A stretch of 20,000 nt of DNA. It comes from an uncultured virus (IMG/VR IMGVR_UViG_3300022926_000008). Lineage: Duplodnaviria; Heunggongvirae; Uroviricota; Caudoviricetes. Location: the IMG/VR virus record IMGVR_UViG_3300022926_000008; one strand, written 5' to 3'. Positions 11,022 through 18,075 of the stretch are shown piece after piece; position 1 is the first letter of the stretch; every line of letters starts with the position of its first letter. The notes under the pieces were generated by a model. That model was not told the origin of the DNA and did not search any database. It was given only the letters and a program-made list of their open reading frames with translations. The position numbers and the translations under genes are program-made.

Positions 11022-11380
11022 TTAATAGTTTAGTCGAAGTATATAAAAGGCTGCGAGAGAATGCGGCACAGAATAAAAAGATATCAGACGATGCAATTGC
11101 ACAGGGCCCATCATGGAGGCACCGCCGTAGGCTAATCTATGGTGCATACTTCCTGGCAGTGTTTATGATCCTTTACGGTGCTTTCAGCCTTTTTACTGAA
11201 AGCCAAGTAGGTGTTGAGCTTGTAGTGGGCGGTGTCGCACTTCTATCTATTATCGTAACAGCCTACACAACATCAGCAACCTATGAAGATGTCCGCATCT
11301 GGAAAAGATCGGGACCAACCTCAAAGGTTCTTGACGACCCATCAGATCAGTTTGACACAGATAACCCAGATGGTGTATAA
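11018..11380 (+). CDS. Two-TM membrane protein, putative holin or lysis accessory
   Basis: Overlaps the endolysin stop; basic RHRRR followed by two hydrophobic helices. Confidence 0.65.
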   Translation: MINSLVEVYKRLRENAAQNKKISDDAIAQGPSWRHRRRLIYGAYFLAVFMILYGAFSLFTESQVGVELVVGGVALLSIIVTAYTTSATYEDVRIWKRSGPTSKVLDDPSDQFDTDNPDGV

Positions 11381-11381
11381 T
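11352..11381 (+). promoter_or_regulatory. SigA-type promoter upstream of r1t-like holin
   Basis: TTGACA (11352-11357), 18 nt spacer, TATAAT (11376-11381). Confidence 0.65.
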
Positions 11382-11408
11382 TAATAAGTTAACGAAAGGA
11401 ATGATTGT

Positions 11409-11654
11409 ATGATCATGACAGTAGCATTTTGGAAGTCCGCTGGAGAGCGAGCAATTAAAACAGCAGCACAGGCTGCAATTGCTCTCCTAGGAACTGACCA
11501 GTTCGTATCTGCTTTGGATGTAAACTGGACCGAGGTTGGTGGCATCGCATTGCTAGCGGGAGTTCTATCAATTCTAACATCAATTGTAGTACCAGCAGCA
11601 GAGACCAAGGCAGCCGTAGTTGCTGAGCTAGCACAGAAGGCAAGCAAGAAGTAA
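11409..11654 (+). CDS. Holin, r1t family
   Basis: FWKSAGERAIKTAAQ...VNW...AGVLSILTSI pattern typical of r1t-like holins. Confidence 0.85.
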   Translation: MIMTVAFWKSAGERAIKTAAQAAIALLGTDQFVSALDVNWTEVGGIALLAGVLSILTSIVVPAAETKAAVVAELAQKASKK

Positions 11655-11656
11655 CC

Positions 11657-11842
11657 ATGCCTATTTACCAGTACCAATGTGCTGGTTGCAATGAAATAGT
11701 AGACAAGATCAGGGGGATCAATGAACCCGAACCTCCTGGTCTTGTTTGCGATTCATGCAACAGTAATTTAAAGAGATACTATGCTAGCGGGGCATTTGGG
11801 GTTCAGTTTAATGGAAGCGGATGGGCAAGTAAAGACAAGTAA
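11657..11842 (+). CDS. FmdB-family zinc ribbon protein
   Basis: MPIYQYQCxxC...CxxC...FNGSGWASKD. Confidence 0.85.
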   Translation: MPIYQYQCAGCNEIVDKIRGINEPEPPGLVCDSCNSNLKRYYASGAFGVQFNGSGWASKDK

Positions 11843-11845
11843 GAC

Positions 11846-11874
11846 TTGACATCCCATAGTAAAGCAGTTATAAT
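11846..11874 (+). promoter_or_regulatory. Perfect consensus SigA/sigma70 promoter
   Basis: TTGACA (11846-11851), 17 nt spacer, TATAAT (11869-11874); heads the run of small overlapping genes. Confidence 0.85.
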
Positions 11875-11911
11875 AATAGAGACAATATAAACCACTAACA
11901 ATGGAGAAGTA

Positions 11912-12136
11912 ATGAGCACTGCAACACTAGAAAAAAAGCTAGAGAGACAGCTTACTATGCAGGATCGCTGTGATGCTGACTGTGGGTCACAGGCCTATGT
12001 AAGGGTAGAGGGTAGCACTGGAGAACTTTTGTTCTGTGCACACCACTATAATAAAATTATGAGTGACCCTACTGGGTACATTGCAATGACAAGCTTTGCA
12101 ACCAATACTATTGACGAAAGGGAGCATCTTTCTTAG
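11912..12136 (+). CDS. Small actinobacterial-type Cys/His protein
   Basis: LTMQDRCDADCGSQAYVRV...ELLFCAHH resembles a small conserved actinobacterial zinc-binding family; SD GGAG. Confidence 0.7.
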   Translation: MSTATLEKKLERQLTMQDRCDADCGSQAYVRVEGSTGELLFCAHHYNKIMSDPTGYIAMTSFATNTIDEREHLS

Positions 12137-12558
12137 TGGAGTATTTAATTGGAGCTTTGTTCATGTTGGGGGCATTGGTTGCTGCCAACAGGTTCATTCG
12201 TGAGCCGTACCTAGAGGCTCGCACAACAAAGCTCAAATATACTCAAAGCCACATTCATAGCCTGCTATCTCCTTTGTTGCAGTATGTACCAGAGGACAGG
12301 CCAAGGGTAGAGACACAATCTAATAATTTTGTAAGAAATTCTTATGTGCGTGTTCTGGTAATGGATGACTCTGCTTATTGGATTAAAGATCATTCTTTAT
12401 TTACTGCAGATCTTGTTGACGGAGAAGTTGCAAAAGAAACTACTCGTAAAGTTGACACAATGGCTATGAGTAAGGTAGAATTAGACAGGACAATGTTTAT
12501 TGTCGAAAAGCTTAGAGAGGGACTAGACAATGCTGATGGCGGTACAGGGAAGCCATAA
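12136..12558 (+). CDS. Hypothetical protein with N-terminal TM anchor
   Basis: GTG start overlapping the previous stop; hydrophobic N-terminus. Confidence 0.7.
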   Translation: MEYLIGALFMLGALVAANRFIREPYLEARTTKLKYTQSHIHSLLSPLLQYVPEDRPRVETQSNNFVRNSYVRVLVMDDSAYWIKDHSLFTADLVDGEVAKETTRKVDTMAMSKVELDRTMFIVEKLREGLDNADGGTGKP

Positions 12559-12883
12559 CTTTGGCGACTACAACATCTTCTTGCGTGCAATGTATACTGC
12601 CTTGTACACAATGAAGGAAGATGACAAAGACATTTTTATTTATACTGCAGGGCCAGTTAAGGTAAACAACATGGCCTTGGAGTTTGCCAACATCACGGAG
12701 AACAGTCTCAAGGCTAGGGGCATTAAAATCCAGACCCGCAGAGTAACAAAGCAGTGGGTAGAGGACAACATGTCTGATCTTGACTATTTTGCTTTCTTTA
12801 GCAAGCCTGGAGAGCCAACGTCTAGCCTAGTGGATGCTGCAGATAAGCATGGAGTAGAGGCACAGGTGTACACGTTCTCATGA
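12530..12883 (+). CDS. Hypothetical protein, possibly SLOG/YspA-like
   Basis: N-terminal AVQGSHNFGDY resembles the GSR-x-F-x-DY loop of YspA-type SLOG proteins; the family call is tentative. Confidence 0.55.
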   Translation: MLMAVQGSHNFGDYNIFLRAMYTALYTMKEDDKDIFIYTAGPVKVNNMALEFANITENSLKARGIKIQTRRVTKQWVEDNMSDLDYFAFFSKPGEPTSSLVDAADKHGVEAQVYTFS

Positions 12884-13242
12884 GTTTAAGTAAGAGTGAG
12901 CAGGCATTCCTGTCCGTGGCAAGATATTTTGCAGCAAAGTCTGAGGCAAATAAAAAGCACGGTGCAGTTATCGTAAGGTCTGGCAGTGTCATTGGTAGGG
13001 GCTACAATAAAGATACCAATAACCCAATGACTGTTTCGCCAGAGCATATTAAAACACACTGCTCACGACACGCGGAGATCGAAGCAATCCGCGATGCAAA
13101 TTGGAGAGTTGACGGGGCTATCCTGTATGTTGCGAGAGTCAACAGGCAGGGGCAGGACCGTAACAGCAAGCCTTGCAAATATTGCGAGCTTGTTATTAAT
13201 GAAACAAAAATAAAAAAAGTAATATATACAAGGGAAGATTAA
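12880..13242 (+). CDS. Zinc-dependent cytidine/dCMP deaminase-family protein
   Basis: HGAVIV, GYN, HAE and PCKYC motifs. Confidence 0.88.
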   Translation: MSLSKSEQAFLSVARYFAAKSEANKKHGAVIVRSGSVIGRGYNKDTNNPMTVSPEHIKTHCSRHAEIEAIRDANWRVDGAILYVARVNRQGQDRNSKPCKYCELVINETKIKKVIYTRED

Positions 13243-13243
13243 A

Positions 13244-13453
13244 ATGTTAGTATCATCGCTTGACAAGATGGAAGACATCGTAAATAAGAATAAGAATCTT
13301 CGATGGAATGGCTGGGATATAATTTATTCATATCCTACTGATAAAGCCAGGACATCTAAATTTGGTGCCAGAGTGAATGGGGTCTGGCACATGCAAAGAA
13401 TCTTTAAGCTCAATTCCGAAGGATGGCATATCCCCAAGAATTATGTGAGTTAA
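13244..13453 (+). CDS. Hypothetical protein
   Basis: 69-aa ORF tightly packed in the operon; Trp-rich. Confidence 0.7.
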   Translation: MLVSSLDKMEDIVNKNKNLRWNGWDIIYSYPTDKARTSKFGARVNGVWHMQRIFKLNSEGWHIPKNYVS

Positions 13454-13456
13454 GGC

Positions 13457-13753
13457 ATGGAGAAGCACAGCTGGAAAGAAAAAGCAGCGTGCCTTGGCTG
13501 GGATACTAATTTCTTCTTTGATAAGTATGAAGAGGATGAAACTGGAACATTCAGGCAGAGCATTGATAACCTATGTAAAGGTTGTCCAGTAGCGAGGCAG
13601 TGTTTTGCTGTTGGCATCTCACAGAAAGAGTGGGGTATTTGGGGAGGAGTCTACATTGAAAATGGAAAGATCTCCAGAGAGTTTAACAGGCATCGCACTA
13701 AAGAAGATTGGGCAGACACTTGGCAGTACCTAACTATGGAGCAAAAGAAATGA
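13457..13753 (+). CDS. whiB: WhiB-family Fe-S transcription factor
   Basis: AAC...FF...CKGCPVARQC and WGIWGG turn; four Cys. Confidence 0.9.
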   Translation: MEKHSWKEKAACLGWDTNFFFDKYEEDETGTFRQSIDNLCKGCPVARQCFAVGISQKEWGIWGGVYIENGKISREFNRHRTKEDWADTWQYLTMEQKK

Positions 13754-13857
13754 CTTTACTAATAGTACAAGTATTGATCTTGCTTGGTGTTTGGGTAAAC
13801 GTAGCCTTGGGCCTAATAGCACTGAGAGACAGGAGAAAATCTCGTGGCATACACTGA
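13750..13857 (+). CDS. 35-aa membrane microprotein (not in ORF track)
   Basis: MTLLIVQVLILLGVWVNVALGLIALRDRRKSRGIH; ATGA overlap with the whiB stop; one TM helix then a basic tail. Confidence 0.6.
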   Translation: MTLLIVQVLILLGVWVNVALGLIALRDRRKSRGIH

Positions 13858-14083
13858 TGAGATGAAGCGTGCAGCAAGATCGCTAACACCACCGCAAGGC
13901 TTCTATGTTGATATAATTGACAATGAACACTTTTTGTCCATTAGGGCAAGCGAAGAAGTGTTTATGAGATTGGATGACTTTGGTAAGCGACGTGCTGTAG
14001 AATATATGGTAAAGCTTAAGAAAGCACTAGAAGAAAACGGAGCAGTGGTTTTGCTAGTAAGAGAAGGCGGAGCAGAGCAATGA
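13844..14083 (+). CDS. Hypothetical protein
   Basis: GTG start after AGGAG; 79 aa. Confidence 0.7.
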   Translation: MAYTDEMKRAARSLTPPQGFYVDIIDNEHFLSIRASEEVFMRLDDFGKRRAVEYMVKLKKALEENGAVVLLVREGGAEQ

Positions 14084-14472
14084 TGATAGTGGAAATCATA
14101 GTAGCAACAATAGTTGCTATTATTATTAGCTTTTTGACAATTAGCAACATTAGAATGCGGCTAAAGAATAAAAGCCTAGCTACTTTGGCAACTCAGGCAG
14201 AGCTTGATCGAGTAACTGTCTATGAGCAGGCACAACAAATTTTTGCTGAAGAGCACGCAAAGGGTTCTTCTAGTGATGGTTTTATTAAGTTTATGTCTAC
14301 TTCTAGAGACTGGGCCTTCGAGTATATTGAAACTGTACAGAGAGACCTTTACGAGCTGAAGGCCTACCACGAGTTCCATGGGGCAGCCCCCAAGACTGTA
14401 GCACAAGCTAACGAGCTTAATAAGATTATCTTAAAGCTTATCGACAACCTACCGAAAGATGAGAAGAAATAA
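14080..14472 (+). CDS. Hypothetical protein with N-terminal TM helix
   Basis: Hydrophobic N-terminus then helical region; overlaps both neighbours. Confidence 0.7.
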   Translation: MMIVEIIVATIVAIIISFLTISNIRMRLKNKSLATLATQAELDRVTVYEQAQQIFAEEHAKGSSSDGFIKFMSTSRDWAFEYIETVQRDLYELKAYHEFHGAAPKTVAQANELNKIILKLIDNLPKDEKK

Positions 14473-14873
14473 TGTTTAGATATAATGCAATTGTAGACAA
14501 CGTAGTAGACGGCGATACTGTAGACCTATCTATTGACCTAGGCTTTGACGTGTGGCATAGAGCTCGTGTCAGGCTTATTGGAATTGATACTCCAGAAAAG
14601 TGGCATGACTACGGCAAGGTCGTAAAGAAATACGTTGCAGACTGCCTAGAGTTCAAAGAGATTGAAATCACTAGCACCAAGGCTGACAAGTATGGAAGAT
14701 ACTTGGTAGAGATTTATCTTGATGGAGGCGAGGGCACATTTAATCAGCACCTCATTGATGTTAATATGGCCAAGGGATACGAGGGTGCCTCCAGGGCAGA
14801 CCTTTGGACAGAAGAAGAGCTTGCCTTGCAGGATCATGAGCTTCTTGTAAATAAGCTTGACTTCTCAGACTAA
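14472..14873 (+). CDS. Thermonuclease (SNase-like) family nuclease
   Basis: VVDGDTV, RVRLIGIDTPE and DKYGRYL motifs; no signal peptide. Confidence 0.9.
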   Translation: MFRYNAIVDNVVDGDTVDLSIDLGFDVWHRARVRLIGIDTPEKWHDYGKVVKKYVADCLEFKEIEITSTKADKYGRYLVEIYLDGGEGTFNQHLIDVNMAKGYEGASRADLWTEEELALQDHELLVNKLDFSD

Positions 14874-14885
14874 CTGCAGTAAAAT
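14857..14885 (+). promoter_or_regulatory. SigA-type promoter
   Basis: TTGACT (14857-14862), 17 nt spacer, TAAAAT (14880-14885). Confidence 0.65.
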
Positions 14886-14905
14886 AGATACAAAGAGAGA
14901 GAGAC

Positions 14906-15379
14906 ATGCAAACATTTTTACCGTTTAAAGACTTTGATGACTCTGCCAAGGCACTTGATAATAAGCGTCTCAACAAGCAGATTCTAGAATGCTATCAAAT
15001 CCTTAAAGTCCTTAACAACCCAGACCCGCGGGCTGCATGGCGTAACCACCCTGCAGTTAAGATGTGGCGTGGTTATGAGCAGGCACTATTTCTTTATGTG
15101 CAGGCAATGATCAAGCAGGCTAAGCTGCGAGGCATCAAGACTGACAAGAACGAAGCCAACATTCACGCTCTCAGGCTACAAACTATTTCCCAGTGGGGTA
15201 ATGGATACCCCGAATGGTACATTAAGGATATCGACAGGGTGACAGAGTCCCACCGAGCTAACCTGTACCGCAAAGACCCAGAGTTCTATCATGATTTTAT
15301 TATGGATGAAGCCAATCCATGCTGCGATAGATGTCAGTACTACTGGCCAACACACATGGAGGTTATCAATGTCAGCTGA
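14906..15379 (+). CDS. Pyrimidine-dimer DNA glycosylase / MSMEG_6728-like protein
   Basis: MQTFLP...LDNKRLNKQILECYQI, W-x-NHPAVKMWRG, SHRANLYRKDP and YYWP motifs. Confidence 0.82.
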   Translation: MQTFLPFKDFDDSAKALDNKRLNKQILECYQILKVLNNPDPRAAWRNHPAVKMWRGYEQALFLYVQAMIKQAKLRGIKTDKNEANIHALRLQTISQWGNGYPEWYIKDIDRVTESHRANLYRKDPEFYHDFIMDEANPCCDRCQYYWPTHMEVINVS

Positions 15380-15713
15380 TGCTTTCGATGAGTACGATGG
15401 ACTTAGCGAAGAAGAAAAAGAAATTGCCCAGCAGTTCTATACCCTGGGATTTGAAGAAGGCTATGATCAGGGCTATGATACGTGTGAGCTAGAAAGTAGC
15501 TCCTATACTGATGGAAAAGATGTGGGTTTCCAGGAGGGCATCCAGCTTGAACGTAATCGTGTCTACCAAATTTGTTCTATGCAAATGGAGTGGGCAGAGC
15601 AAAACAACAAGGGGCGAGACTATATCTTCTGGAAAAATGTCAGGGAAGTCTTGCAGCCAAAAGACTTTGAGCCAATGTCACAAGAAGAATACGACGAATG
15701 GATTAATGAATAG
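15369..15713 (+). CDS. Acidic hypothetical protein with GxxxG repeats
   Basis: Start moved to ATG 15369 (SD GGAGG 15358-15362); GFEEGYDQGYD and GKDVGFQEGI repeats. Confidence 0.7.
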   Translation: MSADAFDEYDGLSEEEKEIAQQFYTLGFEEGYDQGYDTCELESSSYTDGKDVGFQEGIQLERNRVYQICSMQMEWAEQNNKGRDYIFWKNVREVLQPKDFEPMSQEEYDEWINE

Positions 15714-15715
15714 TA

Positions 15716-15724
15716 TGCTATAAT
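15716..15724 (+). promoter_or_regulatory. Extended -10 promoter of hsp20
   Basis: TGC-TATAAT, predicting a start near 15730-15731. Confidence 0.7.
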
Positions 15725-15729
15725 ACTAT

Positions 15730-15783
15730 TGCCTTGCCAAATGGGAGGCACAAATATTAACTCGCTGAAAAGGAGAAATAATG
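15730..15783 (+). promoter_or_regulatory. ROSE-like RNA thermometer in the hsp20 5' UTR
   Basis: Hairpin 1 TGCCTT/GAGGCA (15730-15750). Hairpin 2 CTC-G-CT gaaa AG-GAG (15761-15775) pairs the SD with a bulged G and contains the ROSE U(U/C)GCU motif. Confidence 0.65.
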
Positions 15784-16197
15784 GTTAATACTGCTATGGA
15801 TCTATTCAAGGATCCTTTTTTTATTGGTGTCGATCGAGAGCTTAATCGACTAATGAATGTACACGGAGCTGCTGTAAAGCAGTCATATCCACCCTATGAT
15901 ATCGTTCAGGTAAATGAGGATAACTATATCCTTAAGCTTGCTGCCGCTGGGTTTGCCAAGGACGATTTGGATATCACCGTTAAAGATGGTACTCTAGTAA
16001 TTACTGGAGACAAGACGGAGGCAGACGAATCCCACTACTTGCACAAGGGCATTGCAATGCGTAAATTTACGCGTACCTTTGCTCTTGGGGAGTATATGGA
16101 AGTGGCATCTGCTGAAATGGAGCACGGTATTTTGCACGTTAGTGTAAGGCGAGATGTTCCAGAAGAGAAGAAGCCACGCACCATTACAATCAAGTAA
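15781..16197 (+). CDS. Small heat shock protein Hsp20 (IbpA-like)
   Basis: SYPPYDI, LAAAGF, YLHKGIAMRKFTRTF, GILHV and C-terminal ITI motif. Confidence 0.95.
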   Translation: MVNTAMDLFKDPFFIGVDRELNRLMNVHGAAVKQSYPPYDIVQVNEDNYILKLAAAGFAKDDLDITVKDGTLVITGDKTEADESHYLHKGIAMRKFTRTFALGEYMEVASAEMEHGILHVSVRRDVPEEKKPRTITIK

Positions 16198-16228
16198 TAT
16201 AATTAAATAGTCATATTATAATAAAAGT

Positions 16229-16305
16229 GGTCCCCGCAGGACCTTAGGATGCTTAGTTACCATCTTTGACCGCGGCACTCGTGTTGCAATTTCCCTGCGG
16301 GGGCC
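16229..16305 (+). ncRNA. Candidate structured small RNA (three-way junction)
   Basis: P1 GGTCCCCGCAGG/CCTGCGGGGGCC (12 bp), P2 AGGATG/CATCTT, P3 GCGGCA/TGTTGC; TATAAT (16217-16222) is 6 nt before P1; G-U pairs favour the + strand. Confidence 0.55.
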
Positions 16306-16307
16306 TC

Positions 16308-16336
16308 TTGACATTCATCAGGTTTTAGTGTAAAAT
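16308..16336 (+). promoter_or_regulatory. SigA-type promoter, leaderless transcript
   Basis: TTGACA (16308-16313), 17 nt spacer, TAAAAT (16331-16336), ATG 7 nt downstream with no SD. Confidence 0.8.
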
Positions 16337-16343
16337 ATTACTT

Positions 16344-17327
16344 ATGAGAGAGACGACACTATCCCTAATTGTAATTACTTCCCTACTGTCTGGATGCACT
16401 ACTGCTCCAGAGGTGCAAGAGCAAGACAATGCTTCTAGCAGGTCGGCGGCACCACTTCTTTCACAGTCAGCTGTAGTAGAGCCAGTGGCAATAGAGCCAT
16501 TCGAGCCATGGTCTGAAACATTTTCCCGTAAGCAGCTGGGCACTGCAGTCATGTTAAAAATGAATGAGTATTTTGATGCCAACCATGTTGATGATTGCAA
16601 GTGGGAAGGGCAGATCCATTTAGAAAAAAGCTTATCTGTTATGACAGAGGTAGAATCTGTTATGGAAAAGACAGTTAGTACTTTTTGTAACATACTTCAG
16701 GACGACCCAGTAACTATTATCAGTAGTTATGGTTTTGTTAAAACAGTTTTAGAAGATCTTGATAGGCCAACAGATGACCACGGCGGTATTTGCGGAGGGC
16801 CTGGTGCTGGGATGAACACTGGCTGTGCTTTGTACCATGCGTCCTGGGTCAGCAATAGGCTAGACGGCAACATGATTATTGGAGTAACTGCTCACGAACT
16901 ATTTCATAATGTTCAGGATGCAATGAAATCTGGTAGACCATTTTGGAGAACGCCAGGACATGACGAAATGTTTACCCCTCACTGGTTTTTAGAGGGCGGT
17001 GCAGTAACTTACCAGTCAGCAATGGGTGACTATTTGGGATACTGGGACTATACAGCATATGATGCTTATAGCAATATGCTTGCGGCATCTCCTAATACTA
17101 ATATTAATCTACAGTCCCTAGAAACTGGGGGAAGCTTTGATGTCTATGTTGTGGGCCAGTTTGCCACAGAATATCTTGTTGCACATATTGGAATTGATGG
17201 CCTGCTAAACATCATTCCCAAGATTGATAATGGCAAGACATTTGATGAGTCGTTTGAAAGTGTTGTAGGGATGTCTTTAGAAGACTTTTATGCAAAAATG
17301 TCTCGTATCCAGATTATAAATGACTAA
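16344..17327 (+). CDS. Lipoprotein zinc metallopeptidase (gluzincin-like)
   Basis: Signal peptide with lipobox LLSG-C; AHELFH (HExxH) and downstream WFLEGGA (third ligand Glu). Confidence 0.8.
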   Translation: MRETTLSLIVITSLLSGCTTAPEVQEQDNASSRSAAPLLSQSAVVEPVAIEPFEPWSETFSRKQLGTAVMLKMNEYFDANHVDDCKWEGQIHLEKSLSVMTEVESVMEKTVSTFCNILQDDPVTIISSYGFVKTVLEDLDRPTDDHGGICGGPGAGMNTGCALYHASWVSNRLDGNMIIGVTAHELFHNVQDAMKSGRPFWRTPGHDEMFTPHWFLEGGAVTYQSAMGDYLGYWDYTAYDAYSNMLAASPNTNINLQSLETGGSFDVYVVGQFATEYLVAHIGIDGLLNIIPKIDNGKTFDESFESVVGMSLEDFYAKMSRIQIIND

Positions 17328-18046
17328 TAAATTACTCTATCGTGCCACATATTGTAGTGATTGTTGCCCCCTGGGACCTTGCTTTCACCAGTAGGTATCC
17401 CGATATCACCGTGGTTTGGTTTGTATAACACAAATGGTTTCTTGTGACTATTTAAATAAAAGCCTTTAGGTAAAGAATCTGGTACGTAGAATAAAAATTT
17501 TCCAAAAACTTGTTTGTGGTCGTATTTCAATCTTTGAGATGCTATGGCTGATCCAAAAACATTAGGGCCAGTTGGACAAGTAGAGCCAAAGCCGTAATAC
17601 TTGTTTTCAACGTTTTCAATACATCTGTCTACAGATTTTTGCAAAACTTCGTGGCCCTTGTCAGCATAGAAAACACTATTTTGAACAGCCCATGAAGAGT
17701 TAGAGGTGCCCTGCACTTCTGCAAAAACAACCAGCTCCTTATCTGAAAGCCTATATTTTTGTGGGGCAGCAGTAAAATAGTTATTTTGATCCATATACCA
17801 CCCACCAGTTTTATGTATAATATAGTATCTTGCAATATCTGCCTTATAAGCATATGGCTTAATATTATTAATTGCTTTTAGAACGTCTGTTGCACCGTCA
17901 TCCTTAAGCATTTGAGTGAAGCGTGGCAAATCCCAAAAATGATATTCGGCAGATGGCAGAAACTCTTTTATGTTGTCAATGTTAGGCGGCGTGTAGCCAT
18001 CTAGATCATCCCCCGAAAAGGCAATTTGGTGTATAATATTAATCAT
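17324..18046 (-). CDS. Glycosyltransferase, GT32 / DxD sugar-binding family
   Basis: IIHQI N-terminus, KADIARYYII and GGWYMDQN (DxD position read as DQN); GPNVFG. Confidence 0.8.
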   Translation of the reverse strand: MINIIHQIAFSGDDLDGYTPPNIDNIKEFLPSAEYHFWDLPRFTQMLKDDGATDVLKAINNIKPYAYKADIARYYIIHKTGGWYMDQNNYFTAAPQKYRLSDKELVVFAEVQGTSNSSWAVQNSVFYADKGHEVLQKSVDRCIENVENKYYGFGSTCPTGPNVFGSAIASQRLKYDHKQVFGKFLFYVPDSLPKGFYLNSHKKPFVLYKPNHGDIGIPTGESKVPGGNNHYNMWHDRVIY

Positions 18047-18075
18047 AAATACATTATACCAAAAGTGAGGGATGA

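Noticed and set aside
15291..15368. Upstream start of the 15291..15713 ORF
   Set aside because: Overlaps the glycosylase gene by 89 nt; ATG 15369 has a GGAGG SD at proper spacing.
16229..16305. tRNA, hammerhead ribozyme or intrinsic terminator
   Set aside because: No T-loop or cloverleaf, no CUGAnGA/GAAA core, and no U tract after the stem.
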